Assembly: GCA_029561465.1 (NCBI GenBank)
Contig: JAKQIZ010000022.1
Coordinates: forward strand, 1-63,063
DNA length: 63,063 bases
Source: Deltaproteobacteria bacterium
GTDB lineage: Bacteria; Desulfobacterota; Syntrophia; Syntrophales; UBA8958
Reading direction: 5' to 3'
Under the pieces are notes generated by a model. The model did not search any database. It was given only the letters and a program-made list of their open reading frames with translations, and was not told the origin of the DNA. This document shows, in pieces, positions 58,861 to 63,063 of this stretch. Position numbers and translations under genes: made by a program. The first letter of the stretch is position 1, and the number at the start of each line of letters is the position of its first letter.

Positions 58861-59889
58861 ATGAGCGAAGAACCCGCTTACCAGCCGCCTTACACCATCA
58901 CCTCAGAGATGCTGAGCCTGGTTGCCCGAATCAGCGAGGTTGTCGGGCGACTGAACGTGCTCACCGAGCAGGTCAGGGCGCTGCGACTGCAGCGAATCAG
59001 CCGTATCCGTACCGTTCGCGGTTCACTGGCCATCGAGGGAAACACGTTGAGCGAAGCTCATATCACCGCTATTCTGGACGGGAAACGTGTGATCGCCCCG
59101 CCCCGTGAGGTGCAGGAGGTGCGAAACGCGCTGGTGGCCTACGACCACTTTGAGTACTGGCAAGCGGAAGCGGAAAAGGACCTGCTGGAGGCGCATCGCC
59201 TGCTGATGGCGGGATTGATCGACGAGGCCGGCATGTACCGGCGTGGCGGTGTGGGCGTGATGGCGGGCAGGCGAGTGATCCACATGGTGCCCCCGGCGGA
59301 CCGGGTGCCCCAACTGATGAGCGACCTGTGCCGCTGGCTGGCTACAACCGATGCCCATCCGCTGATTGCCGGATCTGTCTTTCACTATGAGTTCGAGTTT
59401 ATCCACCCTTTTGCCGACGGCAACGGCCGTTTGGGGCGGTTGTGGCAAAGCCTGATTCTGACCCGATGGAACCCACTGTTTGCCAATATTCCGGTGGAAA
59501 GCCTGGTGTTCGAGCATCAGTCCGAGTATTACCAGGCGCTACAGGAAAGCACGAACCGGACCGATTCCGCACCGTTTATTGCCTTCATGCTCCGCATGAT
59601 CCTGGATGCCATAACCACTACCGCCCCCCAAGTCACCCCCCATGTCACCCCCCAAGTCGGCGAGCTGCTTTTAGCGCTCCAGGGAGAAATGAGCCGCGAG
59701 GCGCTGCAAGCCACTCTCGGCCTGCAGGACCGCAAATCCTTTCGTGAGCGTTATCTAAGACCGGCCCTGGTGGATGGGTTGATTGAAATGACTATCCCCG
59801 ACAAGCCGAACAGCCGTTTGCAGAAATACCGTCTGACCGATAGAGGCCGCCAGTGTCCGGCAGGGCAACGGAAGAATGACGACAAGTAA
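58861..59889 (+). CDS. Fic-family protein (AMPylase-type) with a C-terminal wHTH
   Basis: Active-site motif HPFADGNGRLGR. N-terminal SLAIEGN matches the (S/T)xxxE(G/N) auto-inhibitory helix. Confidence 0.85.
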   Translation: MSEEPAYQPPYTITSEMLSLVARISEVVGRLNVLTEQVRALRLQRISRIRTVRGSLAIEGNTLSEAHITAILDGKRVIAPPREVQEVRNALVAYDHFEYWQAEAEKDLLEAHRLLMAGLIDEAGMYRRGGVGVMAGRRVIHMVPPADRVPQLMSDLCRWLATTDAHPLIAGSVFHYEFEFIHPFADGNGRLGRLWQSLILTRWNPLFANIPVESLVFEHQSEYYQALQESTNRTDSAPFIAFMLRMILDAITTTAPQVTPHVTPQVGELLLALQGEMSREALQATLGLQDRKSFRERYLRPALVDGLIEMTIPDKPNSRLQKYRLTDRGRQCPAGQRKNDDK

Positions 59890-59962
59890 ATTGCCTCAAC
59901 CTTCCAAAAAGGCATTTGAAGACCATAAGAGCGGTTGGGTGCCCCTTCGGATGTGAAACATT

Positions 59963-60455
59963 TTTTACTGACAAAGGAGCTTCCTTCCCAGCCGACAGGC
60001 CCTTTTCCTGCCCCCCGCGCCGATCTCCTGACGCTGGGCGCGGGCCGACAGACTGACCAAAAGGACCCCCACCGTCCGGGCGCCGGGGATGTCCGCGGCG
60101 TTCTTCAAGCGGACGACCATCGTGGTCGTCAACCGGGACAGCAAGGCCGGCGGCGGTGGCAAACCGGATCGTCTCCCTGCTTTCCCGTAGCCCTTTTCCC
60201 CTTGCTCATGAACTTCCCTGCCCCAAAGCCTGCCTCTTTCTCAAGGGCAAATTATCGGAATTCCGATAATTTCAACTTTTCCGATTAAGCATATAATCTT
60301 GATATTAATCAGTAATTGCAAATTGCGAACCTTGCTCTCCCTCCTCCCGCGCATCAAAACACCGGCGAACCAGGCGACGTGCCGGCGGGGGGAAAACAGT
60401 GCGGGATGGTCCTCCACATAGCTGACCCTCAAGATCGATGAATTCATAAAAAACC
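59963..60455 (+). repeat. Right copy of the direct repeat bracketing the island (carries a ~200-bp extra segment, 59987..60187)
   Basis: See 49215..49528. The palindrome AATTATCGGAATTCCGATAATT is repeated at 60250..60271. Confidence 0.8.
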
Positions 60456-60520
60456 CTCATGCCCCGTGGAGCACCACGAAGCATGAAAATGGAATTTTCA
60501 TAGTAAGTCATGATGGAAAC

Positions 60521-60688
60521 GACGAAGTAAAAAGATCCAGAGGCAAGGCGCGCGAATCCTGAGGAATGAGGCGTCGAAGGAGGGGATTTGATCCGGAAGC
60601 CCGAAGGAATCGGAACGTGTCCCCGGATAACTTCGCAGTGACGAAGGATGAAGCGCAACGCCGCATATGGACTTTTTACGATATCGTC
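60521..60688 (-). repeat. Hairpin repeat family A, copy 3 (inverted, with an internal insertion)
   Basis: The reverse complement reads CGTAAAAAGTCCATATGCGGCGTTGCGCTTCATCCTTCGTCACTGCGA..., identical over that stretch to copy 1, and ends ...CCTCAGGATTCGCGCGCCTTGCCTCTGGATCTTTTTAC. Confidence 0.75.
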
Positions 60689-60754
60689 AAGATGAACGGC
60701 AGCGCCGGACCCTTGAACAGCGCCCCGGCATTGCTCCGCCACTGTTCCTCCTTC

Positions 60755-62398
60755 TTAGAATTTGAAATTACCGAAATTTGATGCCCGGACCGGCTGCAAG
60801 AGGGCAACCTCAAAGGCCAGCGCCAGGGCATCGCGACAATCCTTCAGGGGCAGGGTCCCATCGTTGAAGAGGCGCGCCTCCATATAGAAAGGATGGGCTT
60901 CCCGATCGTATTTGGCGATCATCATCCGGCGGAATTTTTCCGCCGCCGCCTCATCCATTTCTTCACCCCGCTTTTTCCGGTTCACCCGCTCCAGGCTGGT
61001 TAGGATGAAGCCTGCCGTGTCGCCTGACATAACCGAGGTCCTCGCCCGCATGGTGGCGAAGATAAAAAGAGGATCGAAGGTACGGCCACACATGCCGAAA
61101 TTCGCCGCGCCGTGGTCCGGACCGATGATCCATTGGATACGGGGCACTTCCGCGCAGGCGCAGGCCCGCACCATGCCGGAACCGTACTTGCCGATGCCGG
61201 CGTATTCTTCCGCGGCGCCGACCATGTAACCGGGGGAATTCTGGATATAGAGGATGGGTATCTTCATGGTGCAGCAGCGTATGACCCACTCGATGGCCTT
61301 CCTTGCCGAATCGACGAAGATGACGCCGTTATTGTTGCTTGCGATGACGCCCACGGGGATCCCCTTCAGGAAGATCTTCCCACAGACGATGTTATCACCC
61401 CGTCCGGGGTTGTAATTACGTTTATACTCGCTGAAATAGCTGTCATCGGCGATGGCCGCCAGGACTTCCCGGACGTTGATCCCCTTGGAGACCTCCTTCG
61501 GCAGCACCCGATAGAGATGGTCGGCGGGAACTTTCGGAGGGGCGGGCCGGCGCCTGTCGATGTAAAGCGTCTGCCCCGGATCGAAGGCCAGCAGCTCCCG
61601 GAGTTTTTCGATGCCTTCATCCTGGGACTTCACAAAATGGTCGGCGCCGCCGGAAATGGAGGTGTGAACCCTGGCGCCTCCCAGATCCTCCATGGAAACC
61701 GTTTCCCCGATCGCCGATTTCACCATGGGCGGACCCCCGAGAAATGAATAGGACATCCCGTCGATCATGATGGATTCACAGGCCAGATAAACTATGTAGG
61801 CGCCTCCCGCCGTGTTGCCCCCGGTGCTTAAGGTGTATTGCTTGAGGCCCTTGGCGGACATGCGGCACATATTGTAAAAGAAGTGACCGAACTGGTTCCG
61901 ACCCGGGAAGATCCGATCCTGAAGGGGAAGATAAGCCCCCGCCGAGTCGGCGATATAAACGAAATTCAGGCCGCACTTTTCGGCGATTTCCTGGGCGCGA
62001 AGATGCTTTTTACAACTGATGGGATAGTAGGCCCCGGCGGTGACGCGGCTGTCATTGGCGAGAATCATCACCCAATTGCCGTGGATCTTCCCGATCCCCG
62101 TGACGAGACCACCTGAGGGAACATCTTCCACGCCCTCGTAGCCGATGCCGAATCCGGCGCCCCTGCTTAACTCGAAGAACTCCGTCTCCGGATCGATGAG
62201 TTGGCTAATGAGCCGGCGGGGCGGTTTCTTCCCCTGTTTTGCCAGCCGTTGGTTCTGCACATCGCCGCCCGGGTTGCCGGCCCTCTCCCAAAGGTCGTAA
62301 ATCTTCTCCTCCTCGACCAGCCAGTGGCGGCGATTCTCTTCATAAGCCGCTTCTTTCTTCTGCATCCGGGACAGCTTCTTTTCCGATGTATCGGCCAT
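60755..62398 (-). CDS. Acyl-CoA carboxyltransferase-domain protein (glutaconyl-/methylmalonyl-CoA decarboxylase alpha or carboxylase beta type)
   Basis: Two carboxyltransferase halves: GLVTGIGKIHGNWVMILANDSRVTAGAYYP...ADSAGAYLPLQ and GVIASNNNGVIFVDSARKAIEWV..C....PILYIQNSPGYMVG. ATG 62398 follows AAAGGAG. Confidence 0.8.
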   Translation of the reverse strand: MADTSEKKLSRMQKKEAAYEENRRHWLVEEEKIYDLWERAGNPGGDVQNQRLAKQGKKPPRRLISQLIDPETEFFELSRGAGFGIGYEGVEDVPSGGLVTGIGKIHGNWVMILANDSRVTAGAYYPISCKKHLRAQEIAEKCGLNFVYIADSAGAYLPLQDRIFPGRNQFGHFFYNMCRMSAKGLKQYTLSTGGNTAGGAYIVYLACESIMIDGMSYSFLGGPPMVKSAIGETVSMEDLGGARVHTSISGGADHFVKSQDEGIEKLRELLAFDPGQTLYIDRRRPAPPKVPADHLYRVLPKEVSKGINVREVLAAIADDSYFSEYKRNYNPGRGDNIVCGKIFLKGIPVGVIASNNNGVIFVDSARKAIEWVIRCCTMKIPILYIQNSPGYMVGAAEEYAGIGKYGSGMVRACACAEVPRIQWIIGPDHGAANFGMCGRTFDPLFIFATMRARTSVMSGDTAGFILTSLERVNRKKRGEEMDEAAAEKFRRMMIAKYDREAHPFYMEARLFNDGTLPLKDCRDALALAFEVALLQPVRASNFGNFKF

Positions 62399-62857
62399 TG
62401 GTCTTGCTCCTTTCATTCCCATCCGGTCAATGGCGAAGGCGTTATCACTATCAGTCTTTTTTTTCACAACGGCTTTTTCCGCAAAAGAGTTTCCTCACGC
62501 AAGAAACCACGGATTCCCCCTGCTATATCCTGATTTATCATACTCTTCATAATCGGCTTATTTCCTTTATCTCCGAAAAGTTATTGATTGTCAAGGCAGT
62601 CTGAAGCCGGTGTCCGACGCCGGTGTTTTTTCCGGACACATTACGCAAGATCATTGAAGTGGAAGCGCTTCGCCTGCCGCGATTGCGCACCCCTCTTGAA
62701 TGCGCCGTTGGCAGACGCCAAATCAGCATAAGAGATTAAGGAGAAACTTCTTCGTTGTCATCGCTATATTTCGGTAAGAATGGTTGGGAAATTATTGAGG
62801 ATCAATAACACTTAACCTTATGTTATAATTATTAAATAACCTTAGTGTTGTATTTAA

Positions 62858-63063
62858 TTGAGGAAATAGCGATTACACGCAAATAGATATACATATCAAG
62901 CAATTACCACTCCTCCGCTCCTATACGGTTTCTGGCGGCCCTATATCGAGCAGGTGATCCATAGGTATCTTGACTGCGGCGATCCGCACAACGGCTTTGC
63001 CCGTGTCAAATGTCACGACTGCGGCCATGAGTATTTACTGGCCTTCTCTTGCAAGCGCCGCCA
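62858..63063 (+). mobile_element. IS91-family transposase, N-terminal zinc-binding region (partial, runs off the window)
   Basis: ...LLYGFWRPYIEQVIHRYLDCGDPHNGFARVKCHDCGHEYLLAFSCKRR matches the Zn-binding N-terminus of IS91-type transposases (GFARV.C..CGHE.LVAFSCK.R). No ATG lies in the open frame, so the start is undefined. It is preceded by a sharply A+T-rich stretch (62760..62880). Confidence 0.6.

Overview
This is a GC-rich chromosomal segment. Its gene content suggests an anaerobic Desulfobacterota/Syntrophales-type bacterium, but that is an inference, not a database result. About 65 genes are supportable.

Main blocks, in order:
1. A class III PHA synthase pair (phaE-phaC).
2. Housekeeping and tRNA-modification genes.
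3. A minus-strand cluster of uncharacterised metallocofactor-type genes: DUF5320, a radical SAM protein, three NifX/NifB-like proteins, two MinD-like ATPases with ferredoxin inserts, Mrp, and an FmdB zinc ribbon. It sits behind a sigma-54 promoter and next to a PAS-domain sigma-54 activator.
4. A selenium-metabolism trio (YedF, DUF3343, cysteine desulfurase).
5. A 15-gene nuo (complex I) operon. It follows a second sigma-54 promoter and an NtrC-type response regulator. Its NADH-input genes look like the Hnd/HydB type.
6. A more A+T-rich accessory stretch at 40-47 kb. It contains a selenocysteine (UGA) AhpC/TSA-type redoxin that the ORF track splits, plus a decayed DUF1998/nuclease/S24 remnant.
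7. A defence island of about 10.7 kb (49.2-60.5 kb) bracketed by imperfect direct repeats. It carries an HTH-nucleotidyltransferase/HEPN pair, a large type III-like methyltransferase with an SF2 helicase-nuclease, AbiEi/AbiEii, and a Fic protein.

Three families of structured intergenic repeats recur across the window, two of them inside the nuo operon. Remnants of IS66 and IS91 elements are present. I saw no rRNA, tRNA or CRISPR array.

Many long ORFs in the track are antisense or out-of-frame artefacts of the high GC content. Several start sites were re-called from ATG plus Shine-Dalgarno context.
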